Made by a program: the position numbers and the translations under genes. DNA of 64,000 nucleotides from Callorhinchus milii (Eukaryota). The notes below the pieces were generated by a model. The model did no database searches, was not told where the DNA came from, and was given only the letters and a program-made list of their open reading frames with translations. This document shows positions 13,150-26,995 of this stretch, one piece after another (position 1 is the first letter of the stretch; each line of letters starts with the position of its first letter). Where the stretch lies: the NCBI RefSeq assembly GCF_018977255.1, contig NW_024704742.1, forward strand, positions 35,528,001 through 35,592,000, given 5' to 3'.

Positions 13150-13871
13150 CTGACTTTGTGAACTCCTTATCCTTCCCTGCCTGTCCCTCAGACTCACCAA
13201 ACTGCACACAGTCTTGGTATCACGTTCAATCCCCAGTTATCCTTCCTATCCCACATCCAGTCCCTGACCACCTCTGCCACATTGGCTGCCTTTGACCTTA
13301 TCTTACTTCAAACACTGATGAAAAACTTTCTGTCATCTCCCACCATAAGTTTTTCAATGCACTCCTCACTGGTCTCTCCTATTTCACTATAAAGCCCAAA
13401 TGACACAAAACTCTGCCTGTATCTTCACCGTTACCAGACACTGCACCCCCATCACCCCAGTTCTTGCCAGGCTTCACTGGCTCCCTGCTGCAGAACAGAT
13501 CAATTTGTGATTTGACCAGATCCTCTCTCTCCTTTTCAAATCACTTCACAGCCTGGTACTTCAAATTTGCTCACACCCCACGCCTCTTATTGCCACCTTC
13601 GCACAGCTGGCTCTGAAGGTCCCTTGTCCCATTGACTCCACTGGTGGCCATGCTTTCAGCCACTATACCCCAAATCTCTTGAAGTCTCTGCCTCAATCCC
13701 TCCATCTTGCCCACTTTATGTCATGAAGACTTTTTCTCTTCAACTGTCAATTGGTCATATATTTCATTTTAAAAAAAACTTCCCTATCTTGCCAGCTCAG
13801 CATCAAACCACACTGCTCTGAGCATGCGTTATAAATGAAAGGTGTTATATAAATGCAAGTTGTTGTTGTTG
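13150..13871 (+). mobile_element. Decayed L2 3' fragment
   Basis: Similar to other L2 copies; tail TATATAAATGCAAGTTGTTGTTG. Confidence 0.75.
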
Positions 13872-16079
13872 CTTCCTGTGAGTTTGTGCCAGTACCTGCT
13901 GGAAGTTTCCCCCCACAGCAACCATTTTTTTTCACAGAGCTGCTGTGATGCCTAATAACCTGATTTGTTTAGACCCAAAACACTGTTATAATAAAGTTGT
14001 CCTGGATTGCTAAATTATTTTATCATAGACTCCAGAAGCCATTCTCAAGTAGCATATTTCCCTGATAAACCCATACCTGGAATATACATACAGAAGACAA
14101 TGTTCTTCATTCTTACCTCTCTTAAGATCGAGTAAGGCACATGAGGTACTTTTTTTGTCCAAATCTGTTTTTTTTCCAAATCTGTTTCACTTCAATCTTT
14201 TATTTGAAGTACCACGTAGTTAGGAATTGGGTAACATAATGAATTATCAATCTGTCCTTTCACCTTCAGCAATATTATTTAAATTTTATCTGAACATATG
14301 TGACAATAGTGATGGAAACGGTTTTGTCAAAGTGACAAAAAAATATTTTGATTAAGCATTTCAAAATGGGGTTGAATAAAGCATGAAGGGAAGTAAAATC
14401 AATGCCTCGTAATAGCAAAGCACTTGCGTGAGGTGCATATGTAGGGTTCCTTGCAGGAGACATATTCTATGTCCTGAGATGCTTTTACGAGTATAAAGCA
14501 GTGATTATGCCACTATTATACTGAGGAATTTTATAACCCTAAAGTCAAAATGATCCAAAGCACTTCAGAAATTAGTGATTTTGAAGCATATGATTTATAA
14601 TGTAAACTAGTAAATCTGCTAATGTGCAACAGCAAAACCCAGCAAGCAAAAATGAAATATATGACCAATTAATTTTGGGGGGGGATGAATTTGGACGAGC
14701 GAAGAATACTGGCCAGGACCCCAAGAGAGTTCCCTGCTCCTCTTCAATATACTGTAACGGGATCATTAAGATCCAGTTGAATAGGCAGATGGCCTACTGC
14801 TTCATCAAAATACCAAAAACAATGAGGCAAGCACTGGCCTGGATTGGAATGCTAGATTATGAGCTCAAGTCACGAGGAAGCTTGAAACAAAACCTTCTGA
14901 CTCAGTGGTGACTAGGATGTTACAAATTTAGGCAGTTTGAGGAAACTTAAACTCTGTGGCTTTGAGTAAGGAGGCTGTAAGAAAACTTTTTAAAAATTCT
15001 GAACCATTTACCACTAAGTTGATGGCCTTACTCATAAAAGTCAAAAAGAATGGGTTGCGTAAAATAGGTAATAGCCCAATTCTTTAAGTTGTAGTTAAGG
15101 TAGAATGCATGATCAATTTATATAAACTGCCCTATCATATTTGTATTTGATGCTGACAAAAGGCATAAAAATAGGGAAGAAAATGCCAATACAGTCCTGC
15201 TTTCACTCACCTCAATGAGTATCAAAAATATTTTTTGTTCTTAAAATAAATCATGGTTTGCAAAAAAAAAAACTGACGGAAGCTATGGTTAAAGAAATAG
15301 AATCAATGTGTTTCAGTTTCAGCCTGGTCACTGAGCCAATTATTGTTGTTGCAGAGGGGTCACAGCAAGTCACATTTGCAGAGTGGGACGAAGCTATGGG
15401 GGCATAACCTGCATTTGATCTAGCAATGCCTTGATACAGCACAGGTCTCTAGAACCTGGAAACACAGGTTTAGATGTTGACTATTCAGCTTCTGCACCAA
15501 ACATTGGCTGATTTCCAGTTCATCCAGTTGCCAGTGACTTCACCTTCTGACCCAGAGGCAAGAATGTTATGAAATGAGCCAAATCAACACCAGTTGTTTT
15601 AAAATAATTCCTCTTAAAACTATACTCTCTCCCAATGAATCACAAGTAAATACAATTGAAAGTTTATTTCAAATGTTCCTATTTGATTCCTATTAAAAAG
15701 AAGCTCAAGCACAAAGTAAGCTTTATGACCCTCTTCCCATTCAGCTTGCCACCAAGTGATATTGCTATAAGCTAAATAAGCATTCATGATGCCGACACAC
15801 TTTACTAACTACATTAGTGTGGACAAAGCCACTGCCAACAATATCATATTCTGCCACTTATAAGTGACTAAATGAGAACCATCAGAAGTGGAAGGAAATT
15901 ATATTATCGCATAACAGATGGTATAATGCCCAATTACAATTGAAATAAGAGAGGAACCCCATTATAATACCCTATATGACATAGCTCTACCTCGATTATA
16001 ACATCTACTGAATGCACTAAACCCAGCTTCTCGTACTGACTCAACACCTTCCTGTACCAAAAAATGGCTGATTTCCAGT

Positions 16080-16886
16080 TCACAGTTACTTTAACATTTG
16101 AAACTCTAAACAGATGTAATTATTACAGTTGTGCTCTCATTCCACCTTCCCAGCACACCTAAAATCTATCAGTGATTGATAGTGAATTTTTTTGTAACTG
16201 ATTAAAATAAATATTACTTGCAAAAGGGATTTGGATAATGAAACTTCACTCTGAAACGTCTTATTTCTTACCACAGTTAATTTTAGTTCTGATATTCCAG
16301 GTTGCTACTGACATCACTTCCTGTGCATTACACATCTGTGGCACTTTGTGGGCGTAGCATGCATGTGTAATAGATAAGAAACCATGTTAACAGGGTTTCA
16401 GCTGCATAGGAAACGACGTAAACAGCAACACAACGACCATGGCCAGTTTTCTCACATCTTGCTATTCAAACATTGGACTCAGCCAACCATGCTATAACAA
16501 GGTCTTCCTGTAGCATCAAAAAGACAAGCCATTTACATACACTGAATTGATAGCTTTTCTTCAGTTGGCTTCATGAGATCACTGGCATGTTAGCCTCGTT
16601 AATTCTTGGGATAAAATTTGGTAAAAAAAAAGAAATATTTTAGAGCAAAGCACAATTTTTTGTAACTGAATAAAATAAATATTACTTGTAAAAGGGATTT
16701 GGACGATGAAAGTTCGTTCTGAAACTTCTCTTATTTCTTATCACAGTTCATTTTAATTCCACAATTCACAATGACTGCATTTCACTATCTATCACTGACA
16801 GATTTTAGCTGTGCTGGAAATGGGAATGAGAGCACAACTGTAATAATCACAGCTGTTTAGAGTTTCAAATGTTAAAGTAACTGTGA
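16080..16886. repeat. Composite inverted plus direct repeat structure in intron 10
   Basis: A 16080-16186 is inverted at 16781-16886; B ~16186-16289 is repeated directly at ~16654-16759. Confidence 0.9.
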
Positions 16887-17929
16887 CTAAATATATTTAT
16901 ACATTTCAGTACACTGATGCAAGATATCACTCAAGTAAAATAACTAATTCCTTCTTTTTCCAGAGGTGAATCCAGATTTTAAAGGTACCATCCTATATGC
17001 AAAAGTTTTCACAAAATTGTCAGCCCCAAGTTAAATGGTAAAACAAAGCTAAATAAAAATTGACGACCATGGTGAGTTCCTTTTTAAAATGGAAAAGAGG
17101 TTTTAAAAGAAGTTCAGTCCAAGCTGTGCATCTGTTACTTGCGCAACTCTATTAAATAAGAATGTTGGCCAGAATACATAGGGTGGGAGTTAACATTCAC
17201 TGTAAACAAAGCCCTAGGAGCATCCATTGGTTAAAACATACAGCATCTGTTGGAGAAAGCCTGGAGGGTCTGTTGGAGAAAGCCTAAAGCATCATTCCCA
17301 GAGGCTTGAAGCATGCATTTGGGAAAGCCTGAAGCATCATTTGAAGAGACCTGCATTGTGAATCAATCTGTCAACTGAAGCCTGGTGCTGCAAGCAGTCA
17401 TCAAAGGAGTCCAACAATTGAAAGCTTTAATCAAGGAACCACAAATAAGAGTACACAAGTGCATTTTTTTTTGAAGAAAGCAAACACAGCTCCAGCTGCA
17501 ATTGAATGCTATGAAATGCAATGATAGTTAGGGTATTGTGGCTAACCAATGTCTGGAACGATACACTGCATTTTTGTCACAGGACTTTCAAGACACTACT
17601 AATATAACCACAAAAATATAAAGTCAATTAACTTTAAAGTATATTCTACGAAGCGCTTTCAGACGTCTCAAAGACGTGATAAGGCGCTATACCAAATGCA
17701 AGGATTATTATTATTATTAGGTTACCCCAAAGACAAAATGGGTTTTCTCTTTAAACTTCAAATGTGTTTTCCACATCTTTGTGCTAGGAGAGGAAATGGG
17801 AGTAATACAAAGCTGTTCTTATCTCATTGAATATATGCAAAGCACACAGAGGCTTGAAGTTGTCATTTGATATGAATTTCCATGATATTTCAATGCAAGG
17901 CAGAAAATAAAACAGCATATATTACCCTC

Positions 17930-18435
17930 ATAACAGAGAGGCAGCACAAAGAGAGAAAAAAGGAGATACACAAAGAGCACTTCATAGGGACTGTGCCAAA
18001 AGGTGTATGGGACATGTAGAATCCTTGAGTTTGCCAAAGCACAGGGGATGAGCAGAAGAGTGGGGTACAAGAATAACACAGAGAGGGAAGCGAGGGGATT
18101 TATAGGCAAGGATGAGGATATTGAAATTGATCCACTGGGGGACAGGAAACCAGTAGAGGACAGGTGAGGATTGTTGGGCATGACGAATTTGGTGTGGTTG
18201 ACAAGAGAATTGAATGAGCTGGAGCTTATTGACAGGAGCTTGGGACGCATTGCGTTTGAGTTGAGTCAGGAGGCATAAATGAGGGCTTTGGCAGTGTTTT
18301 GTAAGCAATAGGGACAGAGTTGTGCAATGTAACAAAGGTGAAGAAAAACAGTCTTGGTCAAGGAGCACGTAAGCATGGTCAAAGAGGAAGGTTTTCAGGC
18401 GGGATTTGAAAAAGTGGAGAGAGGGAGCAAAGCAG
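17930..18435 (-). mobile_element. Decayed L2 3' fragment
   Basis: NKLQLIQ...LYWFPVPQWINFNILILAYKS. Confidence 0.75.
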
Positions 18436-19719
18436 ACATAAATGAATAAATAGAGGCAAACTGGGTTAAAATGCTATATTTTTTTTAAACTTCTGTTTTT
18501 CCCCAGCAGACCTCCTGTCTTTGTAATGCCTTCCAAGTGTGAGTGCAAGGCTTCTGGATGATCTCTGCCAGTGTTGCTGTGTGGCCAGCTCACAAGAGGA
18601 ATGCACTGAGCATTGCGACCATCTGGTTGGTAGGCCAGCACTGTTACCACTTGGCTAACAGATAGCCTGTAACAATTCTGTCATGTTGTAACAAAGGTTT
18701 AGATAATTTTCAGCAACATTTCCTACAACAGCGCCCATTATTCCTGTTCAGAGTACTTATTAGAAAATAGGAGCATTTCCAAGCAAAAATATGTATTTGA
18801 CGATCAAGAGGAAAGCTTTATTTGATTTCATCATTCAAAAGATCTGTACACTAAAATTGAAGGTATATAATACAAAAAAAGCAATTAATTTGTAAATGTA
18901 GAATTATAACAGGACTGCTTATTTGAACCTCATTTTGATATGGCAAAGAGTTACTTACAACACCAGAGGTTATAAATTATAATTGTACACTTACATGGTT
19001 TTATTTGTCAGTATATAAATTATTTTTCTGGATCTAGAACTTTGAAAAGATCCCCACTCCTGTATTGGGCACAGAATGGTTGGTTTGTGGAATTTAAGAA
19101 CATTTTCTAGGCAGGGCTTAGGGCAATATTGAATAGAACCAAATTGAACTCAGTCACTTATTTTTATTGCATGAGTCTACTTTATTGTCTTAGAGTTAAA
19201 TAACTGGAATAAGCTACAGCATTTCAGACCAATAGATTTTCATAGTACTGTTCAGAATGTATGCAGGTGGCTTTGTGCTATCTCAGTAGACATTCGACAG
19301 TGTATTGTTAATTATTTAATACGGCAGACAGTGAAAGTGCTAACTACAGCTGTCGCGCATCCTTCTGAAATCCTCACTCGCTTCAACAGCAGATGCTTAC
19401 TTAAGAGTAAATACCAACTAATTATTTAATAGATTTCACGTTCAGCCAACTGCGAATTCAGTAAATTACAGTACAAACAAGTCAGTTTTGTAAAAATATT
19501 ATAAACATAATAAAAGGTTATTTCATAAAATGGTTTGGAAAGAGTACATATTTTTTCCCAGTTGTTATCCACCTGTTCAAATGCAACTGTTCCATTTTAG
19601 AATCTATCCTCGTGAAGGATGCACGTTTTGTTATTAGATACCTGACCCAGTTATAAACCGAAAAAAGGAAATGTGCAAAAAAAAAATGGCTACCAGTCAG
19701 CTCTTCCAGGGTTTTCCGA

Positions 19720-20343
19720 CAATTTTTCCTACACTTCCAACAATACCTCACCCCAGAAGTTGCCGAAACCCTTGTCCATGCCTTTGTCACCTCTCGGCTG
19801 GACTACTCTAACACCCTCCTCGCTGGTCTCCCCTCCTCCACTATTCACAAAATTCAGCTCATTCGAAACTCCGCCGACCGCATTCTCTACTGCACCAAAC
19901 TTACTACCCCGATTACTCCAGTCCTTGCCGAACTCCACTGGCTCCCTGTCACAAAGCGGATCAACTTCAAGATCCTCACTCTAGTGTTTAAATCCCTCCA
20001 TTCCTTGGCAACTCCCTATATCCCTAACCTCCTATCTCCCCACAGCACTACCCGTGACCTTCGCTCTACTGGGTCCAGCCTCCTCCATGTTTCCCGAATC
20101 CTCCTCTTCACCATTGGCAGCCGTGCCTTCAGCCACTACACCCCAAAACTTTGGAACATCCTCCCTCAACCTCTTTGCCTTGTCCCCTCCTTCCCCATCT
20201 TCAGGTCACGCCTGAAGACCTTCCTCTTTGACCGCACCTATGGTCACCTTCCCCCTACCCCTCGCTCGTTTTGGCCATCGTTAAACGCTCTGAGACGCTG
20301 ACCAGAGTGGCAGGTGCTATATAAATGCAAGTTGTTGTTGTTA
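19720..20343 (+). mobile_element. L2 3' fragment
   Basis: [16 protein letters not shown] / LHWLPV / FKSLHSLA; (TTG)n tail. Confidence 0.9.
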
Positions 20344-20642
20344 TTTTCAACTTGGCATGAATATCATAAAGTGACATCAGCGAAGCTTCCTGTACAAAGC
20401 ACATGCAAGTGCTAGAAATGGAAGTGTATCGCATTTCCAGTACAGCACAGGTACACAGTATACCCATCTGTATGTGGACACAGTAAACCACACCATTATA
20501 ATAGTCGAATTGTAGTAGTAATAGTAGAACTGCACGTTTGAAGAGCGTAAATGAACTATCCGATCCTACACCTAAAATCTATGTAGCACAAATCTGAAAT
20601 TCGCTGCTGTAGCACTGCATTTCACTATCATTTTAGAATCAT

Positions 20643-21157
20643 AACAACATTACTTTTGTAAAGCACCTTTCACGTTGGGAAGACATCCCAAGGCGCTGGA
20701 CAGACACAGTTATGGACCCGAGCTGGGGGTTGGGGAGGGTGGAGAAGCAGAGAGGTCGAAAGCATGGTTGAAGAGGAGGGTCTTGAGATGGGTCTTGAAG
20801 GTGGCAAGGGAGGGGGCGAGGTGGAAGGACTGCGGGATGGAGTTCCAGATGGTGAGGGCAGAGTGGCAGAAGGCCTGCCAGTCAATAGTGGGGTGAGTGA
20901 AGCAGGGGACTTGAAGCAGGCCAGAGCCTGCCGAGGGGAGGGAGAAAACAGGATAGTAGGGGGTTAGGAGGTCACAGAGGTGGGGAGGAGCAAGACCATG
21001 GAGGGCTTTGAAGGTGAGGACCAGGATCTTGAACTGTATCCTCTGTGTGATGGGAAGCCAGTGGAGTTGGGCGAGGATGTGGGTGATAGGGTCATAGAGC
21101 CTAGTGTGGGAGAGAACATGGGCTGCAGAGTTCTGGATGATCTGCACCTATGGAGGA
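20643..21157 (-). mobile_element. L2 3' fragment
   Basis: IQNSAAHVL...LHWLPITQRIQFKILVLTFKALHGLAP. Confidence 0.9.
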
Positions 21158-21231
21158 CTGAGATCATAGAAAGTTTATAGCACCATCTATCACTGTAGGT
21201 GAAGCAATGCACTCCATATTGCTGAGATGCA

Positions 21232-22412
21232 AGAACAACAACAACTTGCACTTATATTGCACCCTCCACGTAGAGTAACTTCTCTGAGTGCTTAACAATA
21301 GCCTAACTCTGAGCTGGGGGGGGTGGAGGGGCGAGGTGGCCGTAAGCGCGGTCAAAGAAGAAAGTTTTCAGGTGGGGCTTGAAAGAGGGGAGAGAGCGGG
21401 CAAGGCGGAGGGATGGAGGGAGGGTGTTCCAGAGTTTTGAGGCATAATGTCCGAAGGCATGACCTCCGATGGTGAGGCGGAGGGTGCAAGGGACGAGTAG
21501 GAGGCTGGTGCCAGTCGAGCGGAAGCAGCGGGTGGTGGATTGGGGAATGAGGGGGTCGGAGAGGTAGGGAGGTGCCAGGGAGTGAAGGGATTTGAACACG
21601 AGTGTGAGGATCTTGCAGTTGATGTGTTTGGCGGTGGGGAGCCCATGGAGCCTGGCCAGAATGAATGAGATGTGGGTACAGAGTTTGGTCCAGGTCAGTA
21701 CGCGAGCGACAGTGTTTTGAATGAGCTGGATCTTATGAATAGTTGAGCTGGGGAGACCGGCGAGGAGTGCGTTGGAGTAATCCAAGTGGGAGAAGACAAA
21801 CACATGCACAAGGGTTTTGACTGTATTTGGAGTAATGTACTGTCAGAGGTGGGCAATGTGGCGTAGGTGGAAGAAGGTGGTCCTTCTCAGGGACCAGATG
21901 TGAGGGAGGAAGGACAGTTGAGAGTGAAGACATTGACAGGAGCCAAGGAGTATGGCTTCAGTCATGTCCACATTCAGCTGCAGGAAGCTTACACTCATCC
22001 AGGCCTTGATGTCTGCCAGACAAGCTGATAGAACATTGGCGGACCTGGAGTTGGTACTGGAGGAGGCAAAGTAAATTTGTGTGTCATCCGCTTACATGTG
22101 GAAGTTTACCCCATGTCTGCAGATGACATGGCCCAGAGAGAGCATATAGATAAGGAAAAGAAGAGGGCCAAGGATGGAGCCCTGGGGTACCCCACAGGGA
22201 GGGGCGGAGGAGACACCATTTGCTGAAAAGAAATCAGTTGGTTAAGCAGGACTCGAATCGTGCGAGTGCGGTCCCACTAAGTAGGTGAGGGAGGAGACCT
22301 GATGGAGGAGGACAGCTTGTTCGACTGTGTCGAATGCGGCAGAGAGATCCAGGAGGACAAGGAGGCATAGGGAGCCCTGGTCACAGATAGAGAGAATGTC
22401 ATTTGTGACATA
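21232..22412 (-). mobile_element. L2 ORF2 fragment with 3' tail
   Basis: LLDLSAAFDTV, LDYSNALLAGLP, (TTG)n tail. Confidence 0.9.
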
Positions 22413-24344
22413 TTTTGCAGTGCGCTGTTGCTGAAAATGACCTCTAAATTGCTTGCCATTATTACTGGAACAACAGCGATAGAAAGCTTCCAGGAGTCCT
22501 TTAGAACAGTCAGATCCATCAAGGATGCAAGACATATCATGGCTCCAAACATGGGGAAATAATATGGCCTAACTGTTGGACTTGCCTATTAGTAATAGTC
22601 CTTTAAATCTTTCTGTGTTACCAGCAGCCAGCAGGGTCAAATTCGGGAGCATTTTTTTCTCATGACATCAGTCTCTGACTGCGCCCAATTCTTATGTCAT
22701 ATAATAACTTAAGAATATGAAAAATGTGTTCTTCATAACGGTCATCAACAAGACAATTTGAAGTTGCAGTATTTACTTTTCCATCAGTGCCAACGAAAGA
22801 ATGGAATGTTAAATTGATAAGCCAGCTAACATTTCAGGGATACAATACAAATTTAGTGCTTTTTATAGTGCTTTTCTCATTGGGAGGACATCCCAAGATG
22901 CTTAAACCTGTTGAATATTTTTTTCCCCCCAAGGGACAGACCTACCAAATAACAAATACCAAGTAACACAAGAGCAACAAAGTCACATTGCAATGTGATT
23001 CTGTTCCACTAATTCAATAAAAATATCCCAGTCAATTATTTTTTGAAGTCAACTGTAGTTGTAAACGAAAGCTACAAGTGAGCCATTTTTGTAGAAATCA
23101 TTTCGTGCTGTTAATTTAAACTTTCCATTCTTGGAGATTTTGAGAAGGTTTGTTATTTTATAGTGAATTTTGTCTGTCACATGGGTAAAGACACACCAGA
23201 GCTTAAACAGTAGATAATTTTGGTTATTACAATACACAGAATAGAAGCAGATTACCAAGACGTGTAACTCTTGGGCTGAACAATTGCAGTCATGCTTTGA
23301 TTTGAAATAGACTTTCATGAGAAAAGATCAAGCACCTATTGTGCACATGCAATACTCACATTATTTTTATACATAAAGAGAACTGCAATGAAAACAACTT
23401 AATTTTTTTTGTAGCGGGTCGGTGGGGGTGCAACATTTCAATAATTTGAAAGAAGGTGATACAGTGCTAACTAATCTTTCAACACAAATATATTTTGCAC
23501 ACAATGACAGAACACAAAAATAGCCTTTTAACTCAATAAATTCATGTCCTGGTAGCTTTTCTCTTGAGAAACTATCCCCCTAACTGGACAAGTGAAATAT
23601 ATTTTTGTCAAAATAACATTGAATTTAGTACCTTGGTTGAGAAAAGAAAATTATTTGATATAGAATGAAAGCAAGATTAAGGAACTTGACTTGATATTTT
23701 TGGTTGTGAAGTGCTCAACTACCTAAGCTATCAGTTAGGCCAGCTACCCAAGGTCCCTGGGTTATATTAATTTTTTAAAGAAGAAACTGCATTGGAAGCC
23801 TGTTACTTATTACATGGTCATTTAGGTGCATAAAATTCCAGATAGTGCTATAGCGGGGCACAATCATTATTCAGTGCTACCCTCTTCACCGCACATGCGA
23901 AAGACAAAATAATTGGGCGGCATTTATATGGAACAATTGCATAATTTTGACCCATGCAAACAAAAAGGAAGGAATCATTTTTTTTTAAAAAAGAGTAAAC
24001 TACATAAAATCATAGATTGACAAATATTTGTAACTTATGCTCATTTCACTGGATTCAATACTTGGATTTGATATTTAATTTTGAGTCCAATTATGCTGAA
24101 ATGTTTTAAGAGCACTTCAGAATTTAGCTATTTTTAAGTCAGAGGCTGTTGTTAAATAGATTAATGTGACGGCTTGTCTGGATGCAGGAACTTCCACAAA
24201 CAGCAATGAAATAAATAATGTTTTTTTTCAAAAGAAAAATTTGGAGAAAGAGCAAATATTGCCCAGGAAACCCTGTTTTTTCAAAACAGTGTCATGGAAC
24301 CTTTAACATATCAACTAAACGACAATAGAGCACCCATCGTGCAG

Positions 24345-24930
24345 GGTAACATCTTAGAGCACTTTTCTTGTTGGATACCAAGCAAGGATTGAGGGGAGGG
24401 GGAAATAAGCATGTTCAGAGAGGTAGGATGGAGTGGTAGATAAAGATTTCCATAGGTTTAGGGAGCATAGGAACTGAAGACTCAGCCATCAACGGTTTCC
24501 CGGAGAGGATGGGGGAATGCACAACTAGCCTGAGTTAGTGAGTAGAGGGATCAGGCAAAGGAATAGTGTCGGAGGAGATCAGAGAGATAACAGGGTGCCG
24601 GAGAGTGGATGGTTTTGCAGATGATGGTAAGGACTTTAAAATCAATCCACTGGGAGCCAGGGAGCCAGAGGAGCCTGGTGAGGTTTGGAGTGATGGGGTG
24701 CAGGCAAGGATTCAAGTGTTGGAAGTTATGGTTGTGCTGCAGCTTGTGAATGGTGAAGCTAGGGACACCAGTGAGAAGTGAATTGACAAATTCAAGCAGG
24801 ATATGACAAAAGCATGTTTGAGTGTTTCAGTGATGTTGGATGTGAGGGAGGAGATGATGCGGTGGAGGTGAAGGAACATGGCCCTTGAAAGTGACTTCAT
24901 AAAGCACCAGAACATGCAGATGAGACAGTG
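24345..24930 (-). mobile_element. Decayed L2 3' fragment
   Basis: ETLKHAFVISCLN and purine-rich L2-like antisense sequence. Confidence 0.65.
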
Positions 24931-25399
24931 TGGGGGGAAAGGGGAAGGCCGTCCCTGCCACTTTTCTCCTCCCAATTCTTTTTTCCATCTGCTCAGTGCG
25001 ATTCTATAGGAAAATAGGCAACTGTGCAGAGAACCATAGAACCAAGCCTCAGAATGTCAGGAAATTCAACTTTGCAATTTTCTGGTCTGTATGGCCTGGT
25101 CCTTTACTCACGAGGCCATCAGCAATTCTGAATTTCAGTTTAGTGTGTCATGAGGCCTCGAAGAATGCAGCACTGCTAGAACCTGAGGCGTAAGCCAATA
25201 AACTGTGGGCGACAAAATGTTTCACTCAAAATCATTTTGCCGCAAACAAATACTTATTCAGATGCAAGAAAGCCATGTGACAGAAAACTATTAATGATAA
25301 AACTGTAAACAGTGCAATATGAAGCAAATCTTAAGATTCAATAACATCCTATCAAATATCCAGTTATTTATAATTACAGACTTGTGCTAGTGTACTTAC

Positions 25400-25469
25400 T
25401 GCCCCACTTCCTGCAGCACGGGTGCTGGGCACAGTAGGTAATTATCCGTCACATGGCTTGGTCTCTCAT
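25400..25469 (-). CDS. ANTXR2: ANTXR2 exon 10 (NERPSHVTDNYLLCPAPVLQEVG)
   Basis: Acceptor ttttccag|A, donor CA|GTAAGT, 70 nt. Confidence 0.95.
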
Positions 25470-26896
25470 CTGGAAAATGAGTCGTTGCATGAGTTCCTTA
25501 TACTGAATTGTTTAACAAATTGGAGAATAAACTTATTTTTAAAGGTATTAGATTTCAGCTTTTTATAAAAAAAGGCATTAAATTTTTGAAAGAAGAATGG
25601 CACAGATTAACATTTATTGCACATATACCCCAGAACATTAACCCCTACAATTTGAAGTCCAACAAAATCCATCTGGGTGTGTGGGACAGAAAGAAATTTG
25701 AAGATTTCACATACCCACAAAATTATCTGTATTTTATGTAGTTCCGCAGATAAAAAGGTAAAGACAAAAAACGCTATTCTTCATAAATTATAGTATTAGA
25801 ATGCTAGTGTCCTGTACACTATAGTAAATATTGATTTTTCATTAAGTCTGGCATAATAATACATCAAAAATTATTCAAAGAATTGTTTTCACAATGCGTG
25901 CAATATACAGAGCTCGCTGAATGCAAATCACCTTATTCTGTGCATGCTGAAATCAGAATATATGTTTGAAATGTCTTGTACTTTTGAACCTCTATTGCTA
26001 TGACTTGGTGTATCCCAGGCTGGAAAACTGCTTCAATGATTTTACCAAACTCCTCTAGAGGAAGTTCTGTATCTTTTTCTCCAAACAGTCCTGAACAAGA
26101 TTGGACCCTCACCTGTTGAGCTTCTTGGTCAACATGTTAAAACACTGTAAAGTTAGTGACTGTATATTTTGTTGGCAAACGCAACAGCCAATTTTGCACA
26201 CAGGAATATCCCACAAACAACCATGAAGTGAATGACCATTTTATCTGGAGGATTCTTGGCACTTCTCTTTTCACATTGTGCTATGGGATTTTTAACATCC
26301 ACCTAAACTGACAAGTGGGATCTTACTCTAACATTTCTGAAATCGGTGCCTCCAGCAATGCGATGTTTCACCAGTACTGCATTGGGATGTCAGCTTGGAC
26401 TGACTCAGAGGCAGAACCAATTGAGCCAAGTATAAGATTTCTAGCAATTTTTTTTAATAAATATTTTTATTGTTCTTCCCATCTGCATTGTTGTTCAAAT
26501 TGTTGTCCATCACCCTATCATAAGTAGTCAGGCTTTCAGTGTATCCGGCCTCACCCTTTGAAACTTCATCCTGGATACCTTTTGATTTGCCCCTTCCCTC
26601 AAAGGTCAGCCTTAAGACTTCTTCTTTGGACCACAATTTCAGCCATCTTTCCCCACACCCAGGGCCCCGATGCTCAGACTGTTCAGTACACTGGGACGTC
26701 CTCTCAAAATGAAAGGCACGATATAAATCTAAATTTGTATTGGATTGCTGAGCACAAATTGGCTGTAGCATTCAACAATAAATACATAGTAATTTCTGTG
26801 AAGCGCTTCAACATGTTTCAATATTGGATGTTTGTAAAGATTATTATTATTATCATCATACAATTAAACCAAGCATAGATTAGCTGCCATACTTAC

Positions 26897-26995
26897 TGAT
26901 AGTTTTTGAAGCATTTATGTGGTAGCTGCATAGGATTTGAGCCTGGCTGTGGCCTAACTTGAAGCCGTTTCCCCTGAGCATGATTTCAAATTGTT
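26897..26995 (-). CDS. ANTXR2: ANTXR2 exon 9 (EQFEIMLRGNGFKLGHSQAQILCSYHINASKTI), Ig-like domain
   Basis: Acceptor cttacag|A, donor A|GTAAGT, 99 nt; NAS glycosylation sequon. Confidence 0.95.

Noticed and set aside
3906..25399. Nested protein-coding gene in the 21.5 kb intron 10
   Set aside because: ORFs there are short and either LINE-derived or without recognisable homology; I found no consistent exon chain.
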